A stretch of DNA of 64,000 bases from Iphione sp. A-MEVVRFRX5 (Eukaryota). Positions 12,281-26,811 of the stretch are shown one piece after another. A program made the translations under genes and the position numbers. How positions within the stretch are numbered: position 1 is the first letter of the stretch; each line of letters begins with the position of its first letter. Below the pieces are notes generated by a model. That model searched no databases, had not been told where the DNA came from, and saw only the letters and a program-made list of their open reading frames with translations. Location: the NCBI GenBank assembly GCA_976226885.1, contig OZ320313.1, positions 64,976,001 through 65,040,000 of the forward strand. Direction: 5' to 3'.

Positions 12281-15200
12281 CCTCCCACCCGAACACACCT
12301 ATCACATCATCTTTATCATTCAAGCAAAACCCTCTTAGCAGTGAACCAAAACCATTGCATTCTTGCCTACTTTGTGATGCTATGGCTCTCGAAACTGACA
12401 TGTTTTATTTATTTAATGGCACCAATCTGTCCAGAACTGATTAAATGGATTAGGGATCTTTGCAACTCCACAGCGGTGAAAAGTTATGTCTCATCAGTGG
12501 TTGCCTTACTCGATAGTCTTGATGTAGTGCCTTTTCCTTCTCAGTGTTGCGTCGATGGGTGTCTCCTCGTCGTTACGTTCGGGTCTTTATTGTTCTTTAC
12601 TCCTGTGCCTCCTTTATCTTTTCTCGCCAGTGTCTGCCGTCCTTGTCAGTTTTCATTCATTTATTTCCTCTCTCTGCCTGTCCTCAACAAGATCGCAAAG
12701 AAGTATCAAACTAGTAGAACGTCATCTGGGAGCGATACTCGAAGCTGTTTACCTTTCCCTTTTCCATTTATTTATTTCATCAGTTTTTTTTTAATTTGTC
12801 CATTTTGATTCGGACCTATTGCTCAACAGAACCCCCCCCCCCCTGTATGTGTGTTTACGGGTGCCTACATGCATGCGTCTGTGTATATGTATGTATATTC
12901 CGTCTCTGTCTATTTACATGTATCTAGAGTCTTATGAACTATCATTTTATTGTCATGTCTTATCACTGGGGGGACGTTATTGGTTCCGGTTACACATACC
13001 GCACATCCCGGTCTTAATATCAAAGAAGCCCGAACACTGCACCTCAGACCGAGAGGCTTTGGCTAGTTTCCTTCATCATCGGGCCTATCATCAACTAATG
13101 GGGAAGAGATGAGCAGCCCTCCTGGCTCTTATCAACTCCTCGTGCTATTATATGCACTTTAAGTCACTAAGTTTGACATTTGGGACGTACATGTCCTTAT
13201 TCCTAGTAATTTTAACTTCTGATTCAATAATACATTAGGTTGTCATTCTGAATGGTTGTTCTTCTCGTCCTCATGTTGATTCTTAGGCGTTGTAGAGCAT
13301 GTTGGACGTCATGGTATCCTAAAGCTATTTTATGTCACTAAGGAGAAGCCTAAGAAGTAGTAAGCAGTATAGATAAATGGTTGGTTGATGCAGGCGTTAG
13401 CCTTTATTGCAAGCGAGTGTCGCTTGAGTAGCTGGTTTTTTTCATCTTGTCAGTTATATATCAAAATCTGCCAGGATAACAATAAAGAGAATCCTGTCCC
13501 TTTTACACGGTATACGGTGGTAATATCGCATTCCATTGTCTCGTTTCCAAAGTGGCAAAAGCTTCAGGTTAAACAGTATTTACTGAAATGTCATTCAGGA
13601 ATCTTGATTGTGTTATTGCGTGAGAGGGAATGGGTCTTTGGCGGCAGATATTAGGAATGACTGTTAGTTACGGATAAATTGTTGGTGGCGGTGCACTGTA
13701 CCCACTTCCCTTGTTCAATTTAGCCATGCTAGGCGTAATATTCAACAAAATGTGTAGATTGCCACTAAATCACTTTGGGGCAAGACATAGCTAGACCAGA
13801 ATATGGAAATGTCCTTTCAGGTCGGTGAGTAGTGTGAGTAATCACCACTGGAGGCCGTCTGTACTGGAGCGTCACCCAGCGGCCGAGCCACGCAGCAAAG
13901 GCTGTTGACATTACATACAGGAGGGAGGGAGGCTGTTCTTTCTCCTCTTTATTGTGTACAGCTGCCATTCCTTTGTGTTTGCGCACCCCCTCCTGCCCTA
14001 GCCTTGTTCCTCATAGTGACAGCCGTGGGGTACATACTGCAGGCTTTGTCCTCTTTCTTGCATACTACCCCTATCTCTTACTGCCTGGCATGCGAGGATG
14101 GGCACTGTCTTACATGCGAGGATGGGCATACATTGCTAGTGTCAGGTGCTGGGGTTTAGCACGCAACAATACCAACGTCACCGCCAGACAATATCTGTTG
14201 CTGCCCTCCCGTGTACAGCGAGAGGCAGCGCAAATAGAAAAGATGTTACGTGATACGCCAGTAGAGAATAGGGGAACATAACCAATTACATCTGTTTATA
14301 CAGAGGAGTAGGGGATAAAGACGGACGGTTATCTCGGGAGGAATAGAGACAGAAAAGTGTAGGAGGCCTGCACTGACCTATAAAATGAACGAAGAAACAT
14401 ATTTAAGTTCAGCTCATTCTCTCTGATATGAACATATATAAATATGTATTTATTTATATTAACCCATAGTTTCTTCCCACTTCATCAAATGATATTTCTT
14501 GTCCCCTTTTAGGATAAAATCTTAATTGCCCGTGTTCTTTTTTATTGGTACTAGTATGGTTATATACAAAAACAGAGGCAATTAGAACATCATACTGTCC
14601 AGGGGCAGTGGACTCCAGTCGTTAGAAAGTTCCAGTGTGTCCGGCGCTGATGGCTTGCACAACTTATCGACCGATACACCTTATGTAAGCACCATGCCCT
14701 TAGTTTTATTATCTTGAACGAGACCTGCTGAAAGTGGCCAAGGGGGTAATCTCTCCTACCGCTGGTATGATGCTTCTTCTGTGACATGCAATATCGCATG
14801 GCAAGATACCAATGACGTCATGCCTGTATTTTCTTACGGTTTTGTGATTTGTGACTCCATTAATAGCATTTTATTTGTATTTTTCTCACCCACCTCCTAC
14901 GGAGGGTGCTAAGGGTTGCTGCTGTCTTAGAACCAGCTGACCCTCTGTCACAATGTTGTGATTCTTACAACTGCAAATGTATTGTGTCTCTACTGAGCTG
15001 ATATTTTTGATATAATATACTTCCGTGTGGACCCTTGCAACTGGCTCGTTTCTGTTTCATTGGAAGTAATTCAAAGATAAAAGCATTGCATTTTAATATA
15101 TTGTGCTCACCAACATGCATGAACACACTCTCTCTCATTGTGTAGGGGACAAGTGGACCTTAAAGGTCCCGTTGTTGTCCCCCACATCAGAGAGGAGTCG

Positions 15201-16638
15201 GGTTTTAGGATCACTGCTGTCCAACTGTCTGACCTTCTTTCACAAACCTTTGGGTCTTACAACTTCAAATGGACTGAAAGTTGGATATGATACTTATCCA
15301 TATGGATACATACTACTGGCTCATACCAACGCACTCTATTTGGGATGCAATTTTATGCTGGTCAACTGTGTGCATTAAGGCATAAACTTCATGATACAAG
15401 CGTTGTGATAGATGATACAGGTTAAGGACAAATGGCAGTGATGGTTTACTCTCTTTTTGAATTAGGATTTCTGGCCCCTTCTTTCACATCTTGTTGCTTG
15501 TTTCTTATTTCTTTTTTCCCCTATCTTTTGTTCTGTCTTATTTTAATAGAGATCCTTGCCAAAACAGGTCACAACAAGTATTGTAGAGCATAGCCAGAGG
15601 ACCTACTTTTATGGATAAGTATAGAATGCAGCACTTCATCTCGACTTTCGTTTGCAAAAATTGCATAACCTGAAATGGAGAAGGATGGGTATATATCGAG
15701 TGGTAACAGATAATTAGTCCCTCTCTTAAAACTGTACCTCATATTACCAATACCTCAAAACAATCTGAAGCAAAGGTTGGATTGGTTTCCGTTTTGATAA
15801 AAAGAAAATAGTCCATGATAAGGGACTCTGATTATATAATTTGAAATTTAAGAAAAGAGACGTAACCGTAGACCCCCAAGGACTACTGTAAATCTCCTTT
15901 GATTTGGCATTTTCATCTCTGAACACTAATGGGTCTGTACCATGTAAGCACACTAAGTCTTATTCAGTGAGATTTGAACTTGCAGTGACGTAATTATCGG
16001 CAAGTAGTATTGACAAACTAAATCATATGATGAAGAGCCTTTGATCTGAGACTTATTAATCAGTTAATATTGACTTATTGAGTGGCCTACATTGTATCTA
16101 TGACAGTTGTTTATTTGGGTTATAGTTTCACGTGATGGCCTAGCTTTAACTTGAAATGAAGAGTTTTTAGTCTGGATTTAGGTAAAACCTGCGTAGGACA
16201 CTGACATTTGTTATATAAATGGCGATGGTTTGGAAGTAGTGCAGAGGTGGTCACAGGCATATTACTATTTCCTTCTCCTTCTCATTTCCATCCACCTTTG
16301 ACTGCCGCAACTATACACATGACTACTCTAGCCGTCTTTTGTACAATAGCGTCAGTACCACCCCTTGGTCTCCATTATTACGTAGTGATTGTGTGATCTA
16401 CATGTAATTAATTTTGTATGGCACTGTCAGGAGATTACCTCACTGTCAGGAGATATCCGAACAGTACTATCTGCTCACTATACATTTTGCTTTACCGTAT
16501 TCTATAGGTCCTTGAAGCATGAGTCATAACGTTATATATAGCCACCTTTAAATCTAGCGGCAGCAGTTGCGTTTCACATGCAACAGGGTCATACCTGAGG
16601 TACATGTAGAAAGACAAAAAGTCCAGCCAACTATACAG

Positions 16639-16768
16639 NNNNNNNNNNNNNNNNNNNNNNNNNNNNNNNNNNNNNNNNNNNNNNNNNNNNNNNNNNNNNN
16701 NNNNNNNNNNNNNNNNNNNNNNNNNNNNNNNNNNNNNNNNNNNNNNNNNNNNNNNNNNNNNNNNNNNN
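16639..16768. other. Assembly gap (130 N)
   Basis: Run of N. Confidence 0.99.
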
Positions 16769-19040
16769 TTCTTTTTCCTCAAACAGCAGTATATATGATA
16801 TAATTGGTTATACGGAGGATTATTTAAATTCTGAAGATGTTCTGTCATTAACACTACCCATCCAGACACCAGACCATTGATGGACTTTACGGGGCCATTA
16901 GTCGAGTTGTACGCCGGCACCAAGTTACGTGTATAGCTACACTTATCTGTAGAAATCTTAGCCGTGGGACCAAGCCAGGTTTCCGTAGAAATTGGATCTA
17001 ATATAGACAAAAAGAAATAAAACTGACTCCTTCTTGGCGCGGATGTCGTGTTGTATCTATGTTGTCGCAGAGAATACGAAGACAGTGGTACTACCTGTTG
17101 TTTTTTCTCCTAAAGTGTAGGATAGCAACCATTAGTTCTTACGATATTATCCTGTGCACACGCAAAGACAGTCTTTTAATTTGTTGAAAAACAAATATCT
17201 TGAGCTTCGGAAGCCTAAAACTTAGCTAGATTTTAAGATTTTCTCTCCATCGAAGAAAATGCTCTTCAGATTCAGATAACTAAAAGTAAAACAATTTATC
17301 GCTGTCAAATTCCTTTTACCTGTTACCGTCTTCTGCTGTGGTTTTGGTATGATTCCCGTATTGACGGCTCAATTCCAATTCAGTAGTGTAGCTTTAAGGG
17401 GCACACGTTATATGCAGGACGTTCCTTGGGTGCTTCCTCTGGAAATATTCAGTGGCTTCCCACTTATAGCTGGATCTGGAGCACACCTGTGTATGAAACA
17501 TTCGAGCGGCGGTCTCCAACAAGCAAGGTGTAGCCTTGCGCTAGATCTAGTAAAAAGCAAATTGTGTAACGTCTGATTGGATTTGTAACCAAAGCATGAT
17601 TATGACAATTTGACTTCAAGCCTCCCGAGAGAAGAAGTATTGTTTTCCTTCTCTTCTTTTGTTGCTAGTCTCTAGTTTCGTTCTGCTCAGTAAGAACCTG
17701 CTTTTTGAATACCTCTCCGGCATTTAGATATCAACTTATCATCTAGACATTTGTATCGTTTTAGACATCGTTTATATGTACATGAATGTTGTGGTAGAAC
17801 TCCGATGTCTGTCAGTGGTGAAATGTGCTTTTGTGTAGATAATACTACGTTCGTGGTCAAGCCTGATTTTAATTCAGGGACTTATCTGTCGTGTGATATC
17901 ATAGACGTTTCTGAGGGTATATCAAAATCAAACGAAGCACCTGTCTCTTTTAAGTATTCAGAATTATTTTCCAACATTTTAAAACTATTACTGATGCCTG
18001 ACATATTGGTGCACTACTTCGCAAATACATATGTCCATATCTGTAAGAGCTACGTGGTACCAATCACTGAGTGTATTAGCCATGTCCTTAGTTTGCGAAA
18101 CAATTCGTACTTTCTTAGAGAAATATAGATATCCGTTTAAGAATTACTGGTGCTAACAAATCCAGAAACGGAGAAAGACAGTAGACAATGCCTGGTACAT
18201 ATCATGCCAGTGCACACATGGAGAAACACGCTTCTGGTATTATATTGCCTGAACCTGACGATATGGTCTGTGTACAAGGGTGGAAGAGACCTCTAGAGTA
18301 ATGTCGATCCTGGACAAAGGGGCAACATTTTACATTGTGCTTCACCTTATGTCTGCTAGAAGAAGCATAAATGAACTGTGGATTTTTGTAACTTTTAATA
18401 ACTCTGCCCACCTACCCCCCGCAACCGCACACACATGCACATGCACACACCAGGAAGGGGAGAACTCTAGAATTCCATTATCAAACTAGCATTCGACTGT
18501 GATCCCAGACTTTCATGGTTTTAATAGATTATGAACCAGTATATGTGTAACTTTTCTGAGGTAACTGACACCATGTCTGTCAGACGCACCCTCCGGAACT
18601 TGGCAAATAGACTCTGATCCTCCGAGCCGGCACTAGCTCTTGTTAACAAGATAACCGCCTAATACATGTTAGTTGTGCATCTTAATACATCTTTAGTTGT
18701 GCACGTGGAGGCAAACACCGTGATAAGTTGAGTACCGATCTCGGCACATTTTATGCACAGAAATCCGTAGAGTACCGCGTACTGATTTAAGAAGAATGTA
18801 TGTTTGATAGCATTTGTAACGCGTACATCTATCTATAATAGAGAGTCCTTGAACAAAGCTCATGAATGTAGGAGAGTAACATATCCGACAAGGCGAAATT
18901 TCAAATGTTAATAATCATGGAATGATCATTTACGTATTCTTGCTTATAAACTAGCTTACGAAATGAGGTTCTATTTTAGACAGCTATAGGCAATAAGTTA
19001 CAACGGCGGTTTGGAGAAAAAACTTGATGGAAATGATACG

Positions 19041-19270
19041 AAACTAGAGATGGTGTTTTCAGTTCGTCTCACACACAGATTAAAGAAAGCCCAGTTGACC
19101 TGACTAACATGTCTCCTAGTTGTCATGAGCCCCATAAATAATTCTGAATTGTGCGAAACTAGAGATGGTGTTTTCAGTTCGTCTCACACACAGATTAAAG
19201 AAAGCCCAGTTGACCTGACTAACATGTCTCCTAGTTGTCATGAGCCCCATAAATAATTCTGAATTGTGCG
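19041..19270. repeat. Perfect 115-bp tandem duplication
   Basis: 19041-19155 is identical to 19156-19270 (AAACTAGAGATGG...GAATTGTGCG). Confidence 0.95.
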
Positions 19271-22200
19271 ATTATCACTGAACCCCCCCCCCCCCCACAA
19301 TATGCTGTAAGACGAGAGGAACATAACGACATTGCACAGGCAATGTACTCGCTGACATTGCAAGGGCCAATACATTACAAGCAATCAGAGCACTGTATGT
19401 GGTGACATCTACTAACATGATTACTGTTCCCTGTCTGTCTTGTTTCCTATTGACCGTCTGTTTGACTCACGTCTCTGAGTCATGGCATGCTCACACAAAT
19501 CGTTCTCGCGGGTGTATTGGCAACCTCTGCAAGCCTGTTTTACCTCTGCAAGCCTGTTTTTTCCTACCCGCTCGGCTGTCAGTTTTTCCTCGGAATGAGA
19601 TACGATTTGATTTTTCAACGTCGATGTGTTTACTACATTTTGTATGTTGGTTTCTACCTGCACTGGTTATCTTTCGCTACTTTATTTTGAATGACGTGCC
19701 GTCAAATAAATTCATTTACGTTTCCGATTATCCTAAAGTGTTGTGTTTTGTTTTTCCAACTTTATATGCTGAAGCATGTGCTGCGCCTGGCAGGAATCTC
19801 CTTAAAACTATCATTACTCCCTTCAGACCAAGAGTGTAGTTCCGGAAATATGTGTTTTTCTTTGACTTGGATATTTTGTAGTCTGTTATCAGTTTATTTT
19901 GTACTTAACTTAATCTCTCAATGTCCATTAGTAAAGGTATCTATGAGAGACGACAATTTGGCGAAGCAGAGAACGAGACCTTGTGTCAGCCGACGGATGC
20001 CATTGTTTTCTTGCCTTTTAGTAATTTCAAGTTATAATATTATGGTGATTATTGTCCCCCACTTCCAAGAGGATAAGTATGGAACAATAAATAAAAAAAT
20101 GCGTTTGCAATTTTTATTGAGTGATATTAAAAAGTTATATAATGCACAAAAAACAATGATACAAAGTTAACTTGTTCCAAAGGATCGAGCTGTTAGTCCG
20201 CAGGGAGCACTGTATAAGATCTATTGGTTCTTTCTCCTAATCTCTTTAGTTATTCTGTGTCTCTCCCCAGGCAGTAATACAATGGCCGATCCGTGAAATG
20301 GACCGTCGTAAAAGTTGTCCCTAGCATCTCTAAACGCTATTAATTATAGATCGTAATCGCTGCCTCAAAACTGACCTGAGGGATAGCAGCTTAATGCTTG
20401 ATGATGATGTTAAAAAGGGCTTTCGATTATGCTTGGTGAAATTAAAAAAACGGTCTTCGATAAATGATATGGCACTTTTGGGCTTCATAAATTGATCTAT
20501 TCTCAAGGTGCAAATAAATGAATCAAGCGATTTGGAATGCCTCTACGTGAAGGTATTACCTTTTTTCGAAAAGTAAATCAATACTTCATTTTTAAATCCT
20601 TGTGTTCATGCTAATTTCCCAAATATATAATACATTGTGCTATGTAATTTTCATAAAACACTCCAACATTGGGGTATTTTTCTGAAATTGCCCTCATATG
20701 AAAAAAAAAACTTAGCTTCGCGTGTTGTGGGGATCGTGTATGTGAGACAACCCAGACTGCCAAAAGTGTCTCTCATTTCTCTGTCAGGACTAACCGTAAT
20801 GTGCACGAATAGAGGTGATCTTAGGCACCGTCTAGACATTTTCGCGACAACCTTTGTGCCTGTGATTTATTACATAAAGCATTCGTGAGACATGACAGCA
20901 GAACTTAATCAGGCTGAACTGAAACTGCTTACCTGAGAGTTGGTGGTGACATTGCTGACGCTGGTTTGCTACTTTACTGACAAGGTCGGCACTAAAGTGA
21001 GGCTTAGCGGGGAAAACCAACACTTATTGCCGTCATTGTGAGCCCTAAGGAGGCACTACAGTAGAACCTCTCATAAATCGGCTGGAAACATGAGATCCCA
21101 AAGGTAGCCGAAGCTGACAGGTGATTTTATCAAACTAGCGGTAAGTGAGCAATTAAATGTCACGGCCTGCAGAAATTTTGCCGTCGCCAATATAGGGATG
21201 AATAGGCATCTTGAACCCTTGCTCAGATCACGCTTTTGGAATCACTCACTTTCGTAACGCCCTCCGTTGCACTTGCAATGTAACAGCATCCATGCTGTTG
21301 GCTGCCAAGCTCCACATATCCATACACTGTATGTAAAAAAATTCTAATGGTTCCTTTTAAAGTCCAGCTAAATACCAAGTAACAAAGTACCGACTTTGAA
21401 ATAGTGAAGTACTTGTAGTTGAATATGTGTACTTGTTTTATATTTTTTGAAGTACTTTCCTGTCGTTCCGTACCTGTGTGAAGGGACAGCCGCGATACGT
21501 TTTCTTTTCGACAAAACGACCTTAACTATCATATCACTTTTTTCCCATTATTTTTTAAGCATTTAGTTTTACGAGCGGGGCAGTACTTATTGATCAGAGA
21601 CCAAGATGATCGATGTTGAACTAATAAATACTGTGCACAGTGGCTTTTACTCGGCTCGGAACCCTCAAGATCGCTCTTATAGCATAATGTATGTATTTGG
21701 TTCCAACAATGGAAAGTTTTTGTGCCCGCGAGGCGCCTGTCAGTTTTTAATCATAGAGGATGAAATATGGGAGCCCTTAGAGGGAGTTATTGCGGCCTTA
21801 CTCGTACTTTTAACCAGGCTTAACCATTGTAAAAGGCGCACTAGTGTCTGCCTCGAGGTGCTGCCGTAGGTGGAGAAGTCGCCCATTTAACATTAATTCT
21901 CCGGGGTTGGGGCCTATGCCGTGGCTGTTTTTCAGGCCGCTGGTTCTTTGTAATAGTGAAATAACATTGGGGGCTTATTTCGAGAAGTTCCGTTATATAA
22001 AAAGCCGGGACATAATTTGATTTTTTTTGTGTACCTAGAACACGCCTCTGCTTTATCCGATCTAGCATGCTTATGGTCCGGAAGGCCTGCAGACATAAGC
22101 AGACCTGTAATGTACGCAGTTCTCCCACATGTATTGAATTCAAGTTTATGTTTTGGGACGAATCTCGGCTGCTTTTAATCCAGAGTTATTTGTTATCGTG

Positions 22201-23978
22201 AAAAAATATTTATAAAGCCTCAACAAAATCTGTCGCCATCAAAACAAGGAATCAGACCTATCCGCCCTCTGCCCTGCCTTTGGGCCCGACGGCCGAGCGT
22301 CAATAAGTAATCTGCAAGATTTCTCCACGCTAAGTAGATAATGGATTCCAAGCCGATAATAGCTGCGGTGCTGGGGCTATGGGTAAGCTAATCTAAATGT
22401 AAGTGTGGCTCTCAGTATTGGCTCCTTGTGTAATGCTTCACCTGCAGACTCTAATGGCTGGACCTGCCTTCCATTTCCAAACCTTTGGCCGCCTGGTGAT
22501 GGATGGACAAATGCTGTAATCATATACGTTGCATGCAGTGCCCTTAGCTTCCTGCCTCTGAGTTGGACGTGTAATATGCAAATCGCACTGTATGTGTTCC
22601 AAAACTATAAATTTTTGGGCATTACATTATTGAGAATGGTCCTTAATCACAAGCTAATTTCGAGAACAGTGAATTCAATATAGGCCGTTAGTTAATGAAG
22701 AGTGGCATTGCTGCGAACTGTAGCTAATTTGATGAGGACTTAAATGTATTGTGTCCCTATTTGATAATTGAATGACGCAACATAAAGACGAAGTCTAGAT
22801 GAATTTCTGTATTCGCGTAACTACATCAGAACGCCCAGAGCGCCCTGTACCGAAATGGACCATTAGAACTTGTAAGTGCCATTATGCTGGCGAAATAGGC
22901 ATCAGCTACTGACATTGTACACAGTGTGAACATATAAATTCCAGCATGGGTATAAAACTTTGTTCTGTGACTCGTCTATTGTGTGGACAGGACGATACAG
23001 GAATAGATAAAGATTAAATAGATGGACGAATAGAATTCAGTTCAAAACTGTTTATATTAGTACTCTCCTTCGAATAACAAAGAATATCTGTGATGGTCAA
23101 ACCCTATGCATCCAATCTTTTTATAGCTAACTGTTCATTTACGCCCGACATGTGGTACTACATGTTGTAATATATCTTGGCCTGATGAGGAACTGTGTCA
23201 GCATTTCGTTTAAAATGGATAGACTTGTCAAAGAAAAATCCGGTTCACTCGAAGTACACGATGTCAAGTTGTATGGATTTCTGTTTATTCAGTATCAGCT
23301 CCTTAAATACAGTTAGAGCCTTAAAGGCCTTCACAGCAATAACATCATGTTTTGTAATCTTACTTGTGCAAGACTTTCCAGGAACTTCTTGGGGTGCAGA
23401 AGCCGGATGCCAGATCCTGGAGTACCAGAGCATATTCCAGTATACAAAACTCTGGTGCGGTTAATTGCCTGCGACGTAGTATCCATGCCGGCCGAGACAT
23501 GGTACTCTGTCTACCATATTGTACATGGACATCAGTAGCCTCCTTTATGCTCTCTTTTAATAGGTACCTAACACCCTATTTAGACATATTACCTGCTAAG
23601 TTGCTGAATGGGATACTTGTGCAATCTAGCCCACATGGTACCCCTTATGTGGACCCATATAAAAGTTTATCTGGTAGGCTAACGTTGGAAGCCCGCACAA
23701 AGTCTCCTAAAGCTTTCAGCATCGAAGACAAATTGGCCAGCTGCCAGCTGGTGGCGGGGAGGGGGGTTTGGGACGACCCGGTATGAGGCTGTCTTCTCTC
23801 TCCATCTCCCACGACGGTTGTAACTCTCCCACGCTGGAGGTGTGGAACCACGGACGTGCTGCCCCCTACCGACTGGCCTTTAGACCCCGCTCTATCGAGG
23901 AGAGAAGGAAGAGCAAAGAAAGTAGGAGAAGAGGAGGGTGGAGAAGAAGGGGAAGGGCTTTGGGCTAAGCACATACAT

Positions 23979-24535
23979 CACGTGCAAGCGCAATGTCACC
24001 TGGGCGTTTCACATCTGCTGTGAATATCTTTATAAATCCAATCGGTCCTGCTGGGAGGGCTCGCTACGTTATACTAATTCGCACGTGCTTGGGTCAAGCA
24101 TGACCTGACATCACTGGGGCAAAGGCTTATTGCACTATTGGGATGCCAATCAGAAGCGAAAAAGAGCCATTTTTGTAGGTTCGGCTCCAGGACCCGCGGG
24201 CGCATGGAGCGCATCACGTGACCTGATCACGTGACCGGCTTATCCTACCAATCCATTCACTTGACGACCTTTAAGTATCCTCTACGCTGAGAGTAGAGGG
24301 AAGTTCGGGATAGACTGATCACACATTGAGACCTCCTTAAGTACAAACCTAAGTTTGTTTTCTCAACGTGGGGAGGAGAGGCTTCTAGTGGCATGCAGCG
24401 TAGCAGTCAGGGAAGCCTGTCGTTAAATATCTCACCCACTGGTGGCAGATGTTAAGTAGTATTTACGGATTGCTCACGGTGTGTTAATTCAGCTTAGGTG
24501 GAAGGCTAGATGGAACTATAGGCAAAGATGGCGGC
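23979..24535 (+). promoter_or_regulatory. E-box cluster, CCAAT box and YY1/Kozak motif; candidate promoter
   Basis: CACGTG at 23979, 24082, 24215 and 24228 (the last two as a tandem ATCACGTGACC); CCAAT at 24248-24252; AAGATGGCGGC at 24525-24535. Confidence 0.5.
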
Positions 24536-26631
24536 TTCTGTACAACCCCTGTGTGCCATCATCATGCCTCCATCAGGCTTTATTGATCCCCTCGCAGGAG
24601 GCGGTAGAGGAGGCAGGGCGCCTCTCGGAAACCTCGCGAGAAAGGGTCAGACACAGAGACTCTGGAAATGTGGACCCTCTCATTAGATCAGTCGCAAGCC
24701 ACTGTTGGGCCATCTGGCGGTGGGCTGGACAGTGTTCTCCTCGCTGCTTAGACGGTTGACCATCGCAGCGACAGATTGCCTGTTGATCGGCCAATATCGA
24801 ACCTGACAACTCAGGCCGTAACAAGCGCATCCGACCCAGACTCAGCTGTCCACTGACCCTTCGCTGACACTCAGCGTATTACCAGCTTCTATCGATACCC
24901 TCGCTACTTCAAACAGTAGCACCTCTTTGGAGAACGAATGATTAGTGATCCGAACATTATATATATATAGAGAGAGAGCTTCTGTACAGAGAAATGAGTG
25001 ATACAGAGAGGAAGAGGGAGATACTAACAGAGGGTCAGAAAACGACGAACGTATCTATGCACATCTACAAGGAATCAATAGACACGGCCAGGCGAACACG
25101 GGAAAAGTTTGCAGTTTGCATTGAAATACTAATGTTAGCATCTCAGAGATAATAAGTAGCAACTGTTCAGTAAAGAATTCTGTTAAGAAGGTAACAGTGA
25201 ATAATTAGGGATAGTGAGTGTGAGTGATGGGGTCGAAGTTGAACGAAGGAAAGCGGGCGAGGTTCAACTGTTTCAGAAATGACAGTGGCCGATAGTTGTC
25301 TGTACCACGAGAATAAGCAGCTGTGAGTGGAAACGATCTGAGAGTAGCACAGGTAGGGACGGCGAGAAGTAGCGCCCGTTCGATTGTTACTGGGGTTGGA
25401 TGAATGAGCCTTCCACATCGATTGTGCCGTCTTCAGCCTCCTCCTTACCTCGATGGGACTATTTCTATTACAGATTCTCTGTCAGTGCCGCAACATCACT
25501 GTCAGACTGAAAGACTACCTTGAATCCAGGCACATCTATTTGAGTTAACTGCTCTAAGTAAGTTGAAGTAATCCTGATTTAAAGCTTATCGGTATTCAGT
25601 TCAGGCGACCACCTGTCCTCACTGTTCAGAGTGAAATGTTCAGGGTTAGTTAGCTCATCGGAACATAAATGGATTTTTCCCATTGCACTGCAGAGGCAGA
25701 GACCCGAATATCTACTGGCCAACCATAACACTGTCGAAGCCGTTATATCTTAGTCAGTATTCCTTTTAATTGGTCAATATCCAGTATGTTTGAAAGCGCT
25801 GAATGTGTAGTAATTGATTTGATTCTGTTCTGCGTGCGAATGTGTTTAGAACTAATGATGAATGAAAGGAGAGTAGATTGGAAGACCTTTATCAGCTTCC
25901 AACAGCGTTATCTTACTATGCCTCCAGTCGTTGGAGACTTCGAGAGAAATGAACTCCCTTAAATGAATTGACGTAGCATTTGCTCATCAGCTGCTTATCT
26001 GATAAGGTGATCGATAACAACTGTTCAGCACATTATATATACAAAGTGAGCCGATAATACGTTTTCAACCCTCTTAGTCGACTTGTTATGATTGTATGTG
26101 TTATTCCAAAGGCATTCCTTTTTAGACCAGTAGGCCTACGTGATAGAATAATTTTCTTTTCTCCATGGTAGCAATTCTTTCCAGTGTTCTCTACTTCTAC
26201 GTCCGTCCGAATCTGTATTAGCTTCATTCCTTTGGTTCACTGCCTCTACGCCAACCTGTTATTAATACGCTTTGATTGTTCGCTATGAACGAATTAATTG
26301 TTATCAGTTGCAAAGTCTGCATTATCCTGTCTGAAGTCTCTCAGCCCATCAATAAAGATAACATAGATGGCATCCTTGTCTCTTCTTTACTTAATACTGA
26401 GTGGGGCGGGGTAGTTTTTAACCTTGATTACAGATGATTAATGCAGTCTCTGCGCGGCAACTTGATTGCGAGTAATATGATTTCGGTGAAGAATAAAAAC
26501 TACTCGAGAGCGATAGAAAATGGGGGTGAATTGAACAGCAGTCAGACTGTAGGACAGTGTGACCTTCTGTCTATAGCAACATTACGCATAAACGATCAAG
26601 AAACCATGACGGAAGGGAGAATGTGAGAGCC

Positions 26632-26811
26632 NNNNNNNNNNNNNNNNNNNNNNNNNNNNNNNNNNNNNNNNNNNNNNNNNNNNNNNNNNNNNNNNNNNNN
26701 NNNNNNNNNNNNNNNNNNNNNNNNNNNNNNNNNNNNNNNNNNNNNNNNNNNNNNNNNNNNNNNNNNNNNNNNNNNNNNNNNNNNNNNNNNNNNNNNNNNN
26801 NNNNNNNNNNN
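26632..26811. other. Assembly gap (180 N)
   Basis: Run of N. Confidence 0.99.

Noticed and set aside
12074-12808. Longest ORF (244 aa)
   Set aside because: GTG start, pyrimidine-rich low-complexity translation (F/L/S/P), no recognisable domain, and it overlaps promoter-like motifs.
16492-17010. 172-aa ORF and other ORFs crossing N-runs (26582-26874, 32706-32994)
   Set aside because: Their length is inflated by assembly gaps.
20237-20279. CCCCAG|GCA|GTAATA possible 3-nt microexon
   Set aside because: An earlier AG at 20248-20249 competes after the branch-like CTAAT, and the donor is mediocre.
23483-23493. GGCCGGCATGG on the - strand, identical to the start of the HDV genomic ribozyme
   Set aside because: The nested double pseudoknot (P1.1, P2, P3, J4/2) could not be built; an 11-nt chance match.
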